In this document: one piece after another, positions 25,323 to 39,189 of the stretch
How positions within the stretch are numbered: position 1 is the first letter of the stretch
Layout: every line of letters begins with the position of its first letter
Assembly: GCF_039654945.1 (NCBI RefSeq)
Contig: NW_027361797.1
Coordinates: 22,568,001-22,632,000 of the forward strand
From: Dendrobates tinctorius
Lineage: Eukaryota
DNA: 64,000 bases
Reading direction: 5' to 3'
Program-made: the position numbers and the translations under genes
The notes under the pieces: model-generated
Told to the model about the DNA's origin: nothing
Database searches by the model: none
The model's input: only the letters and a program-made list of their open reading frames with translations

Positions 25323-25655
25323 CTCCCACCCTGTTGCCCTTGCGGGCCGTTGTTACGTTTGGGTTCTCATATTGTTTGAGCTGGGTTCTCATATTGTTTG
25401 AGCTCATTTATGGTAGCCTTCTTACAGGCATGGTTATGTTTCTGGTATATTCCTCCTAATGCTTTTGCACAAAACTGGAGAAGGCTGACACCGTCCAGGG
25501 GTGTATACTGCAGAGGAGGAGCCAAAGTTAATCTTTTTCAGATTATGCATAGTGTCGCCTCCTAGTGGACAGCAGCATAACACCCACGGTTCTGTGTCCC
25601 CCAATTAAAGGCTAAGAGAAAGAGATTTTACGGTGAGTACACAAAAATCTCCTTT

Positions 25656-26196
25656 TCTTTGAATGCCTCTTTTTTTCTCCTGTAAACTCTATGTTGATGC
25701 CTTTGCCCAAAATGCTCTACTTTTGTCTCATCTGACCAGAGAACATTCTTCCAAAACGTTTTAGGCTTTTTCAGGTAAGTTTTGGCAAACTCCAGCCTGG
25801 CTTTTTTATGTCTCGGGGTAAGAAGTTGGGTCTTCCTGGGTCTCCTACCATACAGTCCCTTTTCATTCAGACGCCGACGGATAGTACGGGTTGACACTGG
25901 TGTACCCTTGGACTGCAGGGCAGCTTGAACTTGTTTGGATGTTAGTCGAGGTTCTTTATCCAACATCCGCACAATCTTGCGTTGAAATCTCTTGTCAATT
26001 TTTCTTTTCCGTCCACATCTAGGGAGGTTAGCCACAGTGCCATGGGCTTTAAACTTCTTGATGACACTGCGCACGGTAGACACAGGAACATTCAGGTCTT
26101 TGGAGATGGACTTGTAGCCTTGAGATTGCTCATGCTTCCTCACAATTTGGTTTCTCAAGTCCTCAGACAGTTCTTTGGTCTCTTTCTTTTCTTCAT
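25656..26196 (-). pseudogene. Tc1 transposase N-terminal half
   Basis: TKELSEDLRNQIVRKHEQSQGYKSISKDL...GRKRKI...VLWSDETKVE...KEAFKEK; the ATG at about 26196 is one base out of frame. Confidence 0.93.
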
Positions 26197-26473
26197 GCTC
26201 AATGTGGTACACACAAGGACACAGGACAGAGGTTGAGTCAACTTTAATCCATGTCAACTGGCTGCAAGTGTGATTTAGTTATTGCCAACACCTGTTAGGT
26301 GCCACAGGTAAGTTACAGGTGCTGTTAATTACACAAATTAGAGAAGCATCACATGATTTTTCCAACAGTGCCAATACTTTTGTCCACCCTCTTTTTTTAT
26401 GTTTGGTGTGGAATTATATCCAATTTGGCTTTAGGACAATTCTTTTTGTGTTTTTTTCATTTAAGACAAATTT

Positions 26474-26717
26474 GGCCTGTTTCACACTTCCGTTTTTGTG
26501 TCCGCCAAACGGATCCGTTTCCGTTTTTTTGACGGAAACTGATGCAAACGGATCCGTTTTTTAAAAAACGGATCCGTTTTTTTGACGGATCCGCGGTAAC
26601 CGTAATGGAAGTCTATGGGACAAAAAAAACGGATCCTGCAAAAAATGGCGGATCCGTTTTTTTACGGAAAACAACGGATTTTGACGGATTTGAAAAAACG
26701 GAAGTGTGAAACAGGCC
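26474..26717. mobile_element. PIF/Harbinger-like MITE (244 bp) inserted in the Tc1 TIR
   Basis: TIR GGCCTGTTTCACACTTCCGTTTTT; target TTA inferred from the uninterrupted opposite Tc1 TIR; near-identical to 57869-58112. Confidence 0.9.
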
Positions 26718-27197
26718 TTAAATGAAGATAATACCAAAGAATTTGTGTTTGCAATAATTTTCAGGGAGAAACTGAGTTATTATCTGACAGAATTGCAGGG
26801 GTGTCAATACTTTTGGCCACAACTGTACAGGCACGGGGACTCAAACGTATTTTTCGAGCAGGTCGAAGACCTTGGTTCGCCCCCGAGCATGGTCAGATCA
26901 CACCTTATCAAGGCACGTTCGCTCATGACTATTGCTAATATCTCCGCAATAGAGAGGGAAAATAAAAAGAAAAGTTTTATATCGCTCTGCAATCACTAAG
27001 AGACCTTTGTAATAGGCAAATCTAATGTTCATGCATGTATAGCGGTAACGAATTTCTTTAATTTTTCCCAAAATCGTCAGGAACAATAGACCGTATACTG
27101 TAGAGCAGGTATCCCAAATTCAGGAAAGTTGACAAAATCTGGAATTGGCCAGTGATGAAGATGAACTTTGAATTGTTTGTTTCTTTTTCTAATGTAG

Positions 27198-27248
27198 GGA
27201 GAGGAAATTTATTTGGACATGTTTGAAGATGAGTACCGGAGTATGATG
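27198..27248 (+). CDS. CLEC16A: CLEC16A coding exon (about exon 17): GEEIYLDMFEDEYRSMM
   Basis: atgtAG / GTgagt; 51 bp, phase 0. Confidence 0.96.
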
Positions 27249-27432
27249 GTGAGTGTGATCACGTCCTACACATCACGGTGTGCAGAGACTGTGAGCTCCG
27301 CTTCCACGCCATTATGTTTTGTCATGAAAACGAAGACTGTTAACATCAGTAATATGTGACCTGCTTTTAGTGAAGGCGATCATAGTCTTCCCTCTTGATG
27401 AAATTTTCGCAAGAGTAACTAATGCCCATTGA

Positions 27433-27851
27433 GGCTTGGTTCAGACAAGCTTATGAGAAGTTGTCCGATTTTCATCCAGAAAAAAAAGACTATTTTTATC
27501 TGTATTGTCATTTGTATACAATCTATATGCATCTATATGGGATCTGCAATTATGCATCAACAGTTCAATAGTTACAAGATTAAATATAGTCTTCTATGTT
27601 AAGAATGGCAATGTATCTGTAGAAATCAGACGAAATGCGATGTCCGATTTATTTACTTTTTTGCACACTCGGACTTAAATGGGCGAGTTTTTTCAAAAAT
27701 TTAGAAGACTAGTGCATGGTGCAATTTTTTTTTTCGTTCATATAAAAAAAACCTATCATCTGAGCAGCCATCTTGAACTACATTGCTCAATGTGCTGTCC
27801 TATCTTTACCTGGACAACACGTCCGAGTTATAAGCTTGTCTGAGCAAGCCC
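27433..27851. mobile_element. Old Harbinger-like MITE
   Basis: Imperfect TIRs GGCTTGGTTCAGACAAGCTTAT / ATAAGCTTGTCTGAGCAAGCC. Confidence 0.65.
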
Positions 27852-30622
27852 TCTGGGTAGATCCACATGCTGCAAAAAATTTCTGCCATTGATCTCACCA
27901 CAAATCTTCAGTCAAGTCAATGTGTCGTTACTTCATTGCTAAAGGCAGTGACATTTAGGTAAAGAATTATATCAATTTACGGTACATATCCGTAGCATGT
28001 TTGATTTTCTAGGCAGAAAATGTCTGCATTGTGTAGATTACATTTTTATTCTATCATTGCAACCACTTGCTCGATACTATAATCTGATGCAGATTTTACC
28101 TTCACAAATTCCACAGAAAATACTTCACCTTTAAACTATGAGCCCAAAACCTAACAGGCAGGTAGTGGTTAACTAGTTGGCATCTACCTGCCTGCTCTAT
28201 CCAGCGCGCGCTCACAGCTGTCCTTGACCACTTCTGCCAATGATTCCGTTGCTCTGTCAACAGATGTCATGCTGATTGACAGCCGGCTTCCTGCAGTCAT
28301 GCAGTGGGGAGACTGCCGTCAATCAGCACGACGTCTGCAGTCACGCGCCGTCCACAGAGGTGTTCTGTCGGCTTGACCTCAGATGAAGCCGCAGAGTTGA
28401 CTGCACTTGTTACTTTACAAAATGTTACCAAATTGTGTGCGATGGAAATAAGATCAATAATGTGTTTTGTTTTTTTTTTTTTGTTTTTTTTTGTTTTTTT
28501 TTTTCAATGTGCCAGTGTTAAAATATAGTGGTATTACTCTTTAGAGGTTCACTCCTGGGTGTCATACTTTCCATACGAAATATCATTCCTAGTCTTATAC
28601 ACAAATCCACTGGAGAAATCGCGATCCACTTGAGTGGATTTGTGCCCAGCATCGGTGACCACAGGTGAATCTGGTATGACCTTGCGATACAATGTAGCCA
28701 GACTGATTTCGCCTCCAAGTCACAGTGGTCATCGATGTGGGGTAGCAGAGCCACACAAGCGGATCTTGTTTTCTCCAGTAGATTTATTGCACTAAACCAG
28801 CTATAGGGAGGAACTTCCAGCAGCAGCCTGTACAAGCAGAGCACTCAAAGGTATTGTGCACTCAGCAGAAGTGTATCAGGATAGTAGAGGTCCTATCTTT
28901 GGGTGATGCCCGACGTGGGAGGGGCTTTCCTGTTTTTTTGCAAATGTATTGTTATGCACAGATCTATTGCTATGTTTTGTCATGGCACTTTAGAATGTTC
29001 CTTACGTTCCGGTGATTGCACACACACACGTGCCAAAATGGTATGTTAACCTTTAGAAGGAACTCCTCAGAGTTGGGAAAAAGTAGTTCCTGTCTAAATG
29101 TTTCACAGCCTTGTTTTACCAGGGACGGACACGTGCTTGTGCGCGACATTCTTATACTGACTCTGGCCCGTTCATTACTTTTATTGGTGACAAGCATTAC
29201 TCAATAACAACATAAATCCACAATAAACACCAGTGAAGGCTGCAGGAGACGGGTGGAATCCAACTGGATGTGCAGCTTTGAAGTGTCAATACAGCAAATA
29301 CCGCAAATAAAGCACAGACCAAACATCGCCAGCTTTATTTATCATCGTGTGCATTCATGTTTTGTTTTAAAAATGACTTTCAGGCTACGTTCAGATGAAA
29401 ATATTTGCAGTCAGTGTGATGCTCTGTGCACAATGCTGGTCAGTGTGTATATGGTGGAACGAAGGTCCGTGTGGATGAGAATGTGCTATTTTAAAGGGAC
29501 AGAATCACTGTTCAAACCAAGTACAGGCGCTCGGTGCACCATGGCGTGGCCAAATATTTATGTGCACCCTCCCACCTGCTTGTTTTCTATCAATCTCTGC
29601 CCTACTCTGGCTCTATGAAGCCACATCTGCCAATTAAAAAAAGAGAGGAGGTGGAGATAGAAGGCAAACAAATAGGTGAGATGCACGTAGATTTTTGGCC
29701 ACGTCATGATACACCATGAACATGAACACAATCATTTTGTGCTGACAAGACTCCCTTTAACTGGTAGACTGCTTCTTCACCCATATACAGTCTGTACAAA
29801 CACTCAGAACTACACACGATCCCGACATGTCTGATTGTGAACATAGAGCTTTGACCTTCTTTTTCTTTTTCTTTTTTCACTCCTTTTTTGTTTCGCTCCA
29901 GTAGGGAACTTGAACCTGTAATAAAGCACAAAACATAAAAGTTTAGATGGCCTTCTTTTCCCATTTGTTACTTACTTAGAATAAAGAAGCAAAATCAAAG
30001 AAAACAGTGGCCACCGAGGGGGTTGAGTCTGGGTCTATTATTATTCTAATAATCAACAGAATTCTGAGCCGATTTTAAAAATTAAATAAACCATTGACTT
30101 GAAATTGATAGTATAGTTAAAAAAAAATGAATTTATGGCTGACATAACTTCCAAACCGGGTACAGCTCCTTTATCAGCTATCTATATGACAGGGGAAAAC
30201 TTACCGATCACAGGGATCCAACTGCTGGAACCTCCACCAATCCTGAGAACTGAGGCTCTGAAGAGCTACATGAATGGAGTGGTGGTCCATTATTCCTTCG
30301 TTCGCTCAATTCATTCACAGTGGAGTGCAGAATGTTGGATTCTATCTCTGGTAATCTCATAGAGGATGAGTGGAGAAGAGGTGTGCATGATTGACGACCA
30401 CTCCATCCACATGGGTTCTTCAAAGCGGTCCAAGCCCCAGCAATGATAGGTTCATTATATTCATTAGTATTTTAAAGTGCCGTCACTTCCATCCTTGCTC
30501 ACAATCCGTCCTTTTCTTCGGTGCCATTCACTCATGTCTGATGTAGAATGTCCAGATGTAGCATTTCTTTATCCAGATGAGATTGACTCTAGTCTGAAGA
30601 CCTTTTTATGATGTCTTTACAG

Positions 30623-30751
30623 AGCAAGCCACTGAATGTAGAATACTTAATGATGGATGAATCCATTTTGCTTCCTCCAACTGGAACGCCCCTTACTGGT
30701 ATTGATTTTGTCAAGCGTCTACCTTGTGGAGATGTTGAGCGGACTCGAAGA
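30623..30751 (+). CDS. CLEC16A: CLEC16A coding exon (about exon 18): SKPLNVEYLMMDESILLPPTGTPLTGIDFVKRLPCGDVERTRR
   Basis: ttacAG / GTaagt; 129 bp, phase 0; contains the highly conserved CLEC16A motif ILLPPTGTPLTGIDFVKRLPCGD. Confidence 0.97.
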
Positions 30752-30964
30752 GTAAGTTGCTTTCCTTTCAGCCTTGAAAAGCTCTAATTGCATGTCACTT
30801 TTTCATTGAGGGACCAAAACTGAAAAATCAATTTTCCTAAATGCTAGTAGTTCAAGCGTCCTCTTATTTTGCACCAAGTTCCTGAATTCAGGTACTATAA
30901 ACTAGAATGTGCTGGACACAATTCTAAGAAGAAATCTATGATTACACCTTATTGGCTTACATAA

Positions 30965-31225
30965 AACATGCCTGAATATACATTACTCCTTGTTTATGTG
31001 ACATGTGTGAACTTTTTGGAGGGTGTCCCCTTCCTCAGATTACTTGTATCTACATGCATCTCGTTTTGCTTGAACATACATTATTTCTATATGTGGCACA
31101 AGGGCGTCCTTTTTGGAGGGTGTCCCCTTCCTCATATTATTCCTAACTGGTTCTTATTTGGCTTGAATATACTTTACTCCTGTGTGTTGCATCCTTTTTG
31201 GTGGGTATCCCAACATTACTGCTGT
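30965..31225. repeat. Degenerate tandem repeat, ~95 bp x ~3
   Basis: TTTTTGGAGGGTGTCCCCTTCCTCA-like anchor at about 31013, 31109 and 31195. Confidence 0.7.
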
Positions 31226-31460
31226 GTTTGTGTGCACTTGCTGCACTTACACTTTGGACGTCTTAGCTGAAATCTAGCAGTGGTTCCTTTGGAAAAGAGT
31301 ATGCAGGGCTAACTATAATGCTTTTTTTCCAGGATATATTGCTCGTAATATTCCCTAGAGGAGCCGTATCCACCATCATAACCAGTACATTCTAAAAGGG
31401 TAGATTTAGAAAACCTCCAGGCAATGCAAGAAATCTGACTTCAGAGTTACCTAATATTAA

Positions 31461-31890
31461 AGAAGCACTCTTATCAAAGTTTTTAATCCTCTTACTATAC
31501 TGCAATCATCATATTATGCAGCACTGTGTTCTTACAATTGCTCATTTTACCTTTCTACCCAGATAATTCTTCTCTTTTCAATTAGGTCTTATAACATCAC
31601 GTGATTAAACTTAATTCTTCAAAGCTCTATGTAGAAACAGGAGGTCAATTTTCCCTGCATGACTCATGATCACTTGAAAAGTCCCTGTCAGGGGGTGAGG
31701 GAGTAGCTGGGTCATGAGTTGAAGAGGGGAATGATTTTTGCAAGGAAAAGAGACTTCCTTGTTTCTACATAGAACAGAGAAAAGAGAAGAATTTGCTGGG
31801 TAGAAAGGCAAAATTAGCAATTGTAAGTACACAGTGCTATGTAATATGATGATTGAGTAAGAAGATAAAAACTTTGATGGCAGGGCTTCT
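31461..31890. mobile_element. TTAA-type MITE with long inverted arms
   Basis: TTAA-AGAAGCACTCTTATCAAAGTTTTT...AAAACTTTGATGGCAGGGCTTCT-TTAA. Confidence 0.8.
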
Positions 31891-33092
31891 TTAATGCATC
31901 ACCATGCCAATGCTCTGGACATTTCAAGTGGGTGCTGACATAAAGGACTTAGCAACTTCTATTTTCCTGTATGATTGCTTTGAACGGGGTCCCGCGAGAA
32001 AACCATTGACATTTTCAACTTGCTTGTGCAATAGTTACATCACTTTCCATCCTTGATGGGGATCTTGTACGGAGATTTGGCTTCCTCTTTTTATTTTTTG
32101 TGCTATGTGTTTTTCAAGTTAGGTAATAAATAGACTGGTTTAAGAATTCGTACATTTTTTTTTTTTTAATGCTCTTCTATTTATCATTATCGGCTTTTGT
32201 AGCACTTTGACTCATCTGATTGGTGATCATCCAAACACACTGATTTAGGCCTCATCCAGACATCCTTTTTTGGCTCCTGCTTCAAATCCCCCTAGCAGTT
32301 AGTGGGGGAAATGACTAGGTTCCTTTTTAATGGAGCGTGACTTGGCATGCACTGCTGTCCTGGCCCTGGGAATTGGCGACAGCCCAGCCAGCTGAATAGA
32401 AATCTATAGTAAGTGGGGGTCTGACATCACTGTCCTGGGAATTGGGGATGACCCAGTCCTCAGATGAATAGAAGTCTATAGTAAGTGGGGGTCCGATGCA
32501 GAGGACTGGAGAACCCCATATACCAAATGCAGATTCTGCGACATCCATGATCTGGCTGCCATAAGTCCAGAGCAGAACCTATTTTGGCCTGTGACCCCTT
32601 TTATGGAGTCCAAATGAACTAATGAGCAGAATACATTTTCTGTCTTCTATTCTCTTTGAAATGGCCCGACGTTCCAGGAAAAGTTGGGCGTGAAGTCCCT
32701 AGGGGGTCACGTGCACGATACACTTAAATACTTTAGCATACACAATATATTCCTATGCTAAAGTATTGTATTGTACATGTGTGTCCCCTAAGGGGACTAA
32801 ACAGAAGTGTAAACCAGTAGTTGAAAAAATAGTCAAAATAATAAAAGTTTCAATTTCCCCCTTTTTCCATGTTCAAAATAAAAAACAAAAATGCAGATTT
32901 GGTGTCAGAGTCTGTAAAAGTTTGAGCTTTCAACATATTAATTATTAACAGAAAGTTAAATGTTTTATATAAAAAAATAAAATGAGTTTCTTAACCTTTG
33001 CCTAAAAATGGAATAAAAAACATTGAAGAAGGTCATGTATACCCCTAAACAGTAGCAATAAAAACTACAAACAAAACTTTGAATATTTTTAA

Positions 33093-33969
33093 AGCGATTC
33101 TGTCAGCAGGATTTTGCTCAGTAAACTACAGGCATTGTCATGTTGGCAGTGTTAAACTGATTACAATGGTACCTGGGGTGAAGAAAGCCATCCAGCTAGT
33201 GATTTGCCCATTCTCCGGGGTGGGACTGTAGGCAGCATCTTATCTTCCTGCTCTAAGCCAGAGAAATCAAGGAAAGACCGGACCACAGGCCGCCCCGTAG
33301 CACAAACATGTTCCTCATTATAGAGACAGAGAGAGACACACTGTTTGTGCTTTGGGGCAGCCTGAGGACAGGTCTTTCCTTGGTTTCTCTGGCTAAAGGG
33401 CCTGTGTCACTAAGTGATATCTCTAGCAATATCGCTATAACTTGTGATGTTATAGTGATATTGCTGTGTGTGATACTTACCTACGACCCGCTCCCCCGCT
33501 GGTTATCGCTGATCGCGCGAGAACGTCCTGGACCGTTTCTCGTTGTCAGCTTCCTGCGGCGCTTCCTGTGGAGAGACGAGCGTGGACGCGGGCGGGAGGA
33601 CGCAGGATCGCCTAGTGTGACAGGTATGTAGCGAACCCCGTCCCCAGCGATGCTGGTGAGATCTGCCTGTGTGGCAGCTCACTAGCGACCACTTAGCGAT
33701 GCACCAGCGATCCTGACAACGTCATATCGCTGGTCGGGATCGCTGGTGCATCGCTAAGTGTGACAGTACCTTTAGAGCAGGAAGATAAGACTCTGCCTAC
33801 TGTTCTGCCCTGGAGCACGCACATATCATCAACTGAAAACTTCTAACGCTGATTACACAAGAACGACAAGTCGGATTTCTTCACCCCAAGTATCATTTTA
33901 ATTAGTTTAATGGCGCCAACATGACACTGCCTGTATTTTACATAGCAAAATCCTGCTGACAGGTTCTCT
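33093..33969. mobile_element. TTAA-type MITE containing a Harbinger-like MITE
   Basis: TTAA-AGCGATTCTGTCAGCAGGATTTTGCT...AGCAAAATCCTGCTGACAGGTTCTCT-TTAA. Confidence 0.8.
33397..33771. mobile_element. Harbinger-like MITE rich in ATCGCT/AGCGAT motifs
   Basis: Imperfect TIRs with TAA/TTA flanks; it interrupts the host arm at a TTA. Confidence 0.75.
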
Positions 33970-34710
33970 TTAAAGTAGTGAAAACAAAAATCTGTGAATT
34001 TCCGTAATTATACTACCTGCAGAATTCCACAGAATCATGTTACCAGGATATTTTTACCTGCACAGTGTTTATTGTAAAAACAAAACCTAATACATAATGG
34101 CACTATTGCATTTCATTTTTTTTCACTATATAGCCTTACTTTCAATTGTTTATTTATTTCACTACATTGTATGGTACAGTATAAAATGTTCAAATCTACA
34201 AGCAAAAAAAACAAACTTTCATATTGCTGAGAGTTATGGATCTTGAAAGAAAGAAAAAAAGTACAAGGGCATTAGTTGTCCAGTGTGGGATGTTATAGTA
34301 AATCATTGTATTCTAACTGATGTAACTGGAGCATCTGTTATCTGAATCCTGTGTTGTGCTGTTCCTGTTATTCCTTCTGAAAAGTAAGGAATAAATTGAT
34401 ATTACCAAACTCCTCATAAAGCGAGGTGTATCTCCTACACAATGCTCACATATAGTGATAGATTCCAGAGGACACAATTAGAAGACTATTGTCTCGCAGA
34501 AACTCTTGCATGGTTGGATCCATCTGTAGGACCCACAATCTCCATAACTAAAGGTCCCACAGATGATCCAGTCATGTGCCCATTTTATTTATTTTTTTAG
34601 AATGGCCATGAACCAATCGATAACTGATCGTTCTCTCCTGTATGTGATCTTTGGGTTCTGCGAGATAGTATCTAGTAGGTCTGGATCAGAATAGAGTATG
34701 CCCCAAAGTG

Positions 34711-34746
<36 letters not shown>

Positions 34747-35144
34747 TAGACTGCATGTACTCGATCTGCTTGATTAGCAAATTTGCCACAGGGAATCATA
34801 GGGCTGGTCCATGAGGAGCGGAGACACAATCTGCTTTTAGTTAAGGGTGCCAGCCTCTGCAGCTAGTTAGTGCCATATTCTCAGGGAATACTAGGGAGAA
34901 AATCATAATTCATTCTGTATTCCCACTGTACACATCTATATTTATATAAGAATTTTTCTCCTAATTAAGTGACATTTGTATATCATTGTATATCTACAAG
35001 AATTTACTTATGTTTGGAGTTTTTAATTACATAATAACAAATTAATTTTAGGCGATTTTTGTTAGCCATGCATCTCCTACACAGCCTGATACTGTCTGAT
35101 TATTGCTGTCAGTATCAATTTTAGGGTTTTTTTTTTCACTTGGG

Positions 35145-35576
35145 TGCGACGGGAAAAAACAGGAGGCTTGTTCCTTTAAAAGTTCATGGGGGTTTATTGC
35201 TTCATAAACCGCAGAAGCAAAACTGAAAATAAACAGCCTTTAGATCAGGCAAATACAACACAAAATGTCCATAGCAGGGCTCTGCTCCACCAGGCCTGTC
35301 GGCACACAGACTGGGTTAGTGTCCAGGACTCAGTCTGGATCCGAACACACAGGAGGCCTTCTCTCTCCCAACACACAGACCATGTGCCAAACCACAGCCT
35401 CCATTATATAAGCCGTAACCACACCCAGAGGTGAGGTATGTGGGTAGCCAGACCCGCCCATCTCTCATAGCTACCCGCAACCTGGTCCCAGGAGCACCAA
35501 ACGAACCTCTTAGTGCTTACGTACACTAAAGAAAATACTCCGGGTTACATCACAGAAAGCAGCCTTCTCTGTGACA
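35145..35576 (-). mobile_element. Possible solo LTR
   Basis: TG...CA termini (TGCGACGGG / CTGTGACA), with a TATA-like box and AATAAA on the minus strand. No TSD was found. Confidence 0.4.
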
Positions 35577-36710
35577 CATACCTCCCATCGACTACGCGGC
35601 CATTAGCCTCCTTAAACAGTGTACAAGGACCATACTCATACCTCTCAATATATCCATCATTTTTTGAAGGAGTAAAGACTACACACAGGAAAAATTGTTT
35701 AGCAGTTGTGATTTGATGAAGAATACTAGTATTCCCTCACAGACATGTCAGGAGAGCAGACGGGTCTCCTAAATATAATTTTTATTGGCTCCTCTTGCTT
35801 CACCTACTAAAATAATAATCACATATCATTTCTGTATAACTGTGATGTCCATTTTTGTATTTTTCATACATTTCCTCTTTACATTATGAATTAATTCTTC
35901 AGTATTGCCCATGCAGAAACAATGTTTATTTCTGTACATATTTTATTTAATCATTATTTCTTCCGTATAGTCTATCTTCCTTTTTCCTTTTTGGTAGTCC
36001 CAATCTGGTCTTCTTGCAGTTTCAATTGAAGCAGTATGACGTCCAAGTGGAGGTTCTTGCTAGAAAATACCTGACCCTTCTGGGAAAACACATCTGAATG
36101 ACGGCATTGTTGCCAGTTATTCTTTTCTCTTTGACATGAGCAGCTCCTTCCCCAGTGAAAGCAAGACGACAATTTCCTAGAAACCTCACGCATTGGGTCA
36201 AAAAGCGCTTAAGAAGTCATTAATTTATTTCTCTTTTGCTTCGCTGGAATGTGCTCGGAGCAGAACTGAGATGATTGCTGCTAATTTAAACATTGATTAA
36301 GATGTCCTGACGTCTCATTTTTGGGTTCGTTTTTTTTTTTTTAGATTGTATCCGGCCTTCTTGTAAGGGAAAGCAGCTGTGTTTTGTGCTAACCAATCAC
36401 AAAATTACCATAGCAGTAAAATATGTTGTATAGGAAAGTGTATAAAAAAAGCAGATGTCTAACTGGTGAACCCCAAGCTACAGTGACCATGAATACATGC
36501 AGCCAAAACCAAAGGGCTTAGTTACACATGTGGTGTTAATACAGCAGTCATCAAGGTTGCAAATGGCTATTGCGTCATATTTAGTTTAACTGTTTGGAGT
36601 GGGATTCTATGGCTTGGATTTAACTTTGTGATCTAGGACATACAGAATGTTCACTAAGGCTTTTTATGTTTATTAGCCTTAGGTTTGCAACTATTGCTGA
36701 AAAACCTTAA

Positions 36711-37383
36711 AGGGAATTGGTCGGTAGGACCAACCCTAGTAAAGCCGTCTTTATGGACATGTAGGTCATAGAAAGTTAAATAAAATGATGCCTTCATATC
36801 TGTCATCCGACATTTTATTCCAAAGAAATTCACTTTTTTTTTTCTTATATGCAAATGAGCTGTTTCAGGCTATGGGTCGGACACAGATCTGCATGAGACT
36901 CCGCCTCCATAGTGTATTTTACATAAAAGAGGGCGTGTGATGTGTAATGGTCGCTCTCTGCTCTCCTGATCTCACTGCAGAGCCGTGTGTGATTTATCCG
37001 TGACACACGTGCAGGTTCTTCTCAGCTTCCAGCTCACAGGCAGACAGGGCTGCAATATTGTTACAATACAGCAGAGCTCAGAGACCTGCAGCAAATGTGC
37101 TTGTAAGGAGATAAGTTCAGTTCTACTTTTCTGTGTTAGTTACTTGTGTCACACATACAATGCCTCCTTTTTTTATTACAAATAATCTCTGGAGGCAGAT
37201 TCTTAAGGAGATCAGTGTCCGTGACACAGATCTTAGCAGCTTATTTACATATAAGAAAAACATGGATTTCTCTGGAATAAAATATCAGATCGCAGGTATC
37301 AAGGTATCATTGTATTCAGCTTCCTATGGTGTACATGGCCATTTAAACGGATTAGGCCGGTTGATCCTCCTGACAGATTCCCA
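36711..37383. mobile_element. TTAA-type MITE with long inverted arms
   Basis: TTAA-AGGGAATTGGTCGGTAGG...CCTGACAGATTCCC; same family as 8428-9300. Confidence 0.72.
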
Positions 37384-37664
37384 TTCGTTAGAACAGTTTT
37401 AGAAACCCCACAATGACCCTATCTGTTTTATTTTGCGAAACTAAAATAAACAAAATTAATGCGCACCATTTAATAAAATGAAATAAACACACAGGTGCAG
37501 GTTGTCCTTACTGGTCCTTTGTAGGCCTGGGTCCAGGGTAATCAAGTCTGTAGGTTGCAATTTGAAGAGGTTGCTGGCAGGTGGGCCCACACAGATGGAT
37601 TGAGTTTCAGTGCACATTTTCCTCTAAGTATATATAGGTGTATAGTATATAAATAATCTATATA

Positions 37665-38133
37665 CAGTTGGGGAAATAAGTATTTGATCCCTTGCTGATT
37701 TTGTAAGTTTGCCCACTGACAAAGGCATGAACAGTCTATAATTTTAAGGGTCGGTTAATTTTATCATTGAGAGAGAGAATATCCAAGAAAAAAATCCAGA
37801 AAATCGCATTGTATAAATTATATAAATTTATTTACATTTTCCAGTGAGAAATAAGTATTTCATCCCCCTACCAACCATTAAGAGTTCTGGCTCCTATAGA
37901 CCAGTTAGACGCTCCTAATCAACTCATTACATGCATTATAGACAGCTGTCTTTCATAGTCACCGTTATAAAAGACTCCTGTCCACAGACTCAATTAATCA
38001 GTCAGACTCTAACCTCTACAACATGGGCAAGACCAAACAGCTTTATAAGGCTGTCAGGGACAAGATCATAGACCTGCACAAAGCTGGAATGGGCTACAAA
38101 ACCATAAGTAAGACGCTGGGTGAGAAGGAGACA
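37665..38133 (+). mobile_element. Tc1 left end and transposase start, truncated
   Basis: TA-CAGTTGGGGAAATAAGTATTTGA with an inner direct repeat; [36 protein letters not shown] from 38023. Confidence 0.85.
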
Positions 38134-39189
38134 GTTAAATAGCCAAAAACGAGGTAACCGGTTCCCTTTGAGTCTTTTTTTTTTTTTTTTTTTTTTATAA
38201 TAAACGTCAACGTGAGTATCTGAAGGGTGAACACCATGGTGATCTTGGATCCTGCTTTGCGGAGTGGCTTCTCCAAAGTGTGTGCTCGGTATCCCACTTT
38301 TGGTTTCTTAGAATTAGGTGAAAATTACTCAAACCACCAGCCAAGAGCTGGTCAGAGAGCTGTCACTTACTGTTCTAGATGTATGACTTCATTCATAAAC
38401 CACTTTTATACTTGTAATTGAGGCTTCAGATTGTGTAACAGACTTCTGCAGAAATTCTACTTTGCTTGTACAACACTACCAATAATACCAGCATTTTCTT
38501 CTGTATAGTTCTTTAGAAATACAGAAGTTCTTAAGATCATTAATACAAGAAGTACAGTTGTGAGTCTGATGCAGAGAGGCTATTTTGCAATATAACAGAT
38601 TAAATATAATTTGTGGAAATGGGCCACACGCAAATGTGACTAGTGCTTGTGTTTTGGGACACAAGTATTTTATACTTCCATTTGGTAGAAATTCAATCCT
38701 GAAAACAGAAGTAGCAACTTCTGTAATTTCATTTTTGTTTTCTATCTAAATGTACAATACTGGTCAAAAGTTTGGAAATGCTTGTTCTTGCAAAGGTTTT
38801 CCTTGTTTTATTTGAATGTGCACATCATAGATTCAGACTGAAGGCAGCAAAACCACAAATGGACACATACAGGTGCTTCTCACAAAATTAGAATATCATC
38901 AAAAAGTTAATTTATTTTAGTTCTTCAATACAAAAAGTGAAACTCATATATTATATAGTCATTGCAAACAGTGATTTATTTCAAGTGTTTATTTCTGATT
39001 ATGTGAATAATTATGGCTTAGACAATGAAAACTCCAAAAGTTATTATCTCGGTAAATTAGAATAATTAACAAAAAACACATGCAAAGGCTTTCTAAACAT
39101 TTTAACCCCTTTCTGCCATCGGACGGTATAGTACGCTTTGATGTGGGCTCCAGCGGTGAGCCCATATTAAAGCCAGGACATGTCATCTG

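Noticed and set aside
32350-32497. Two-copy ~72-bp duplication (similar 22-bp duplications at about 25360 and 50447)
   Set aside because: Simple local slippage duplications with no further structure.
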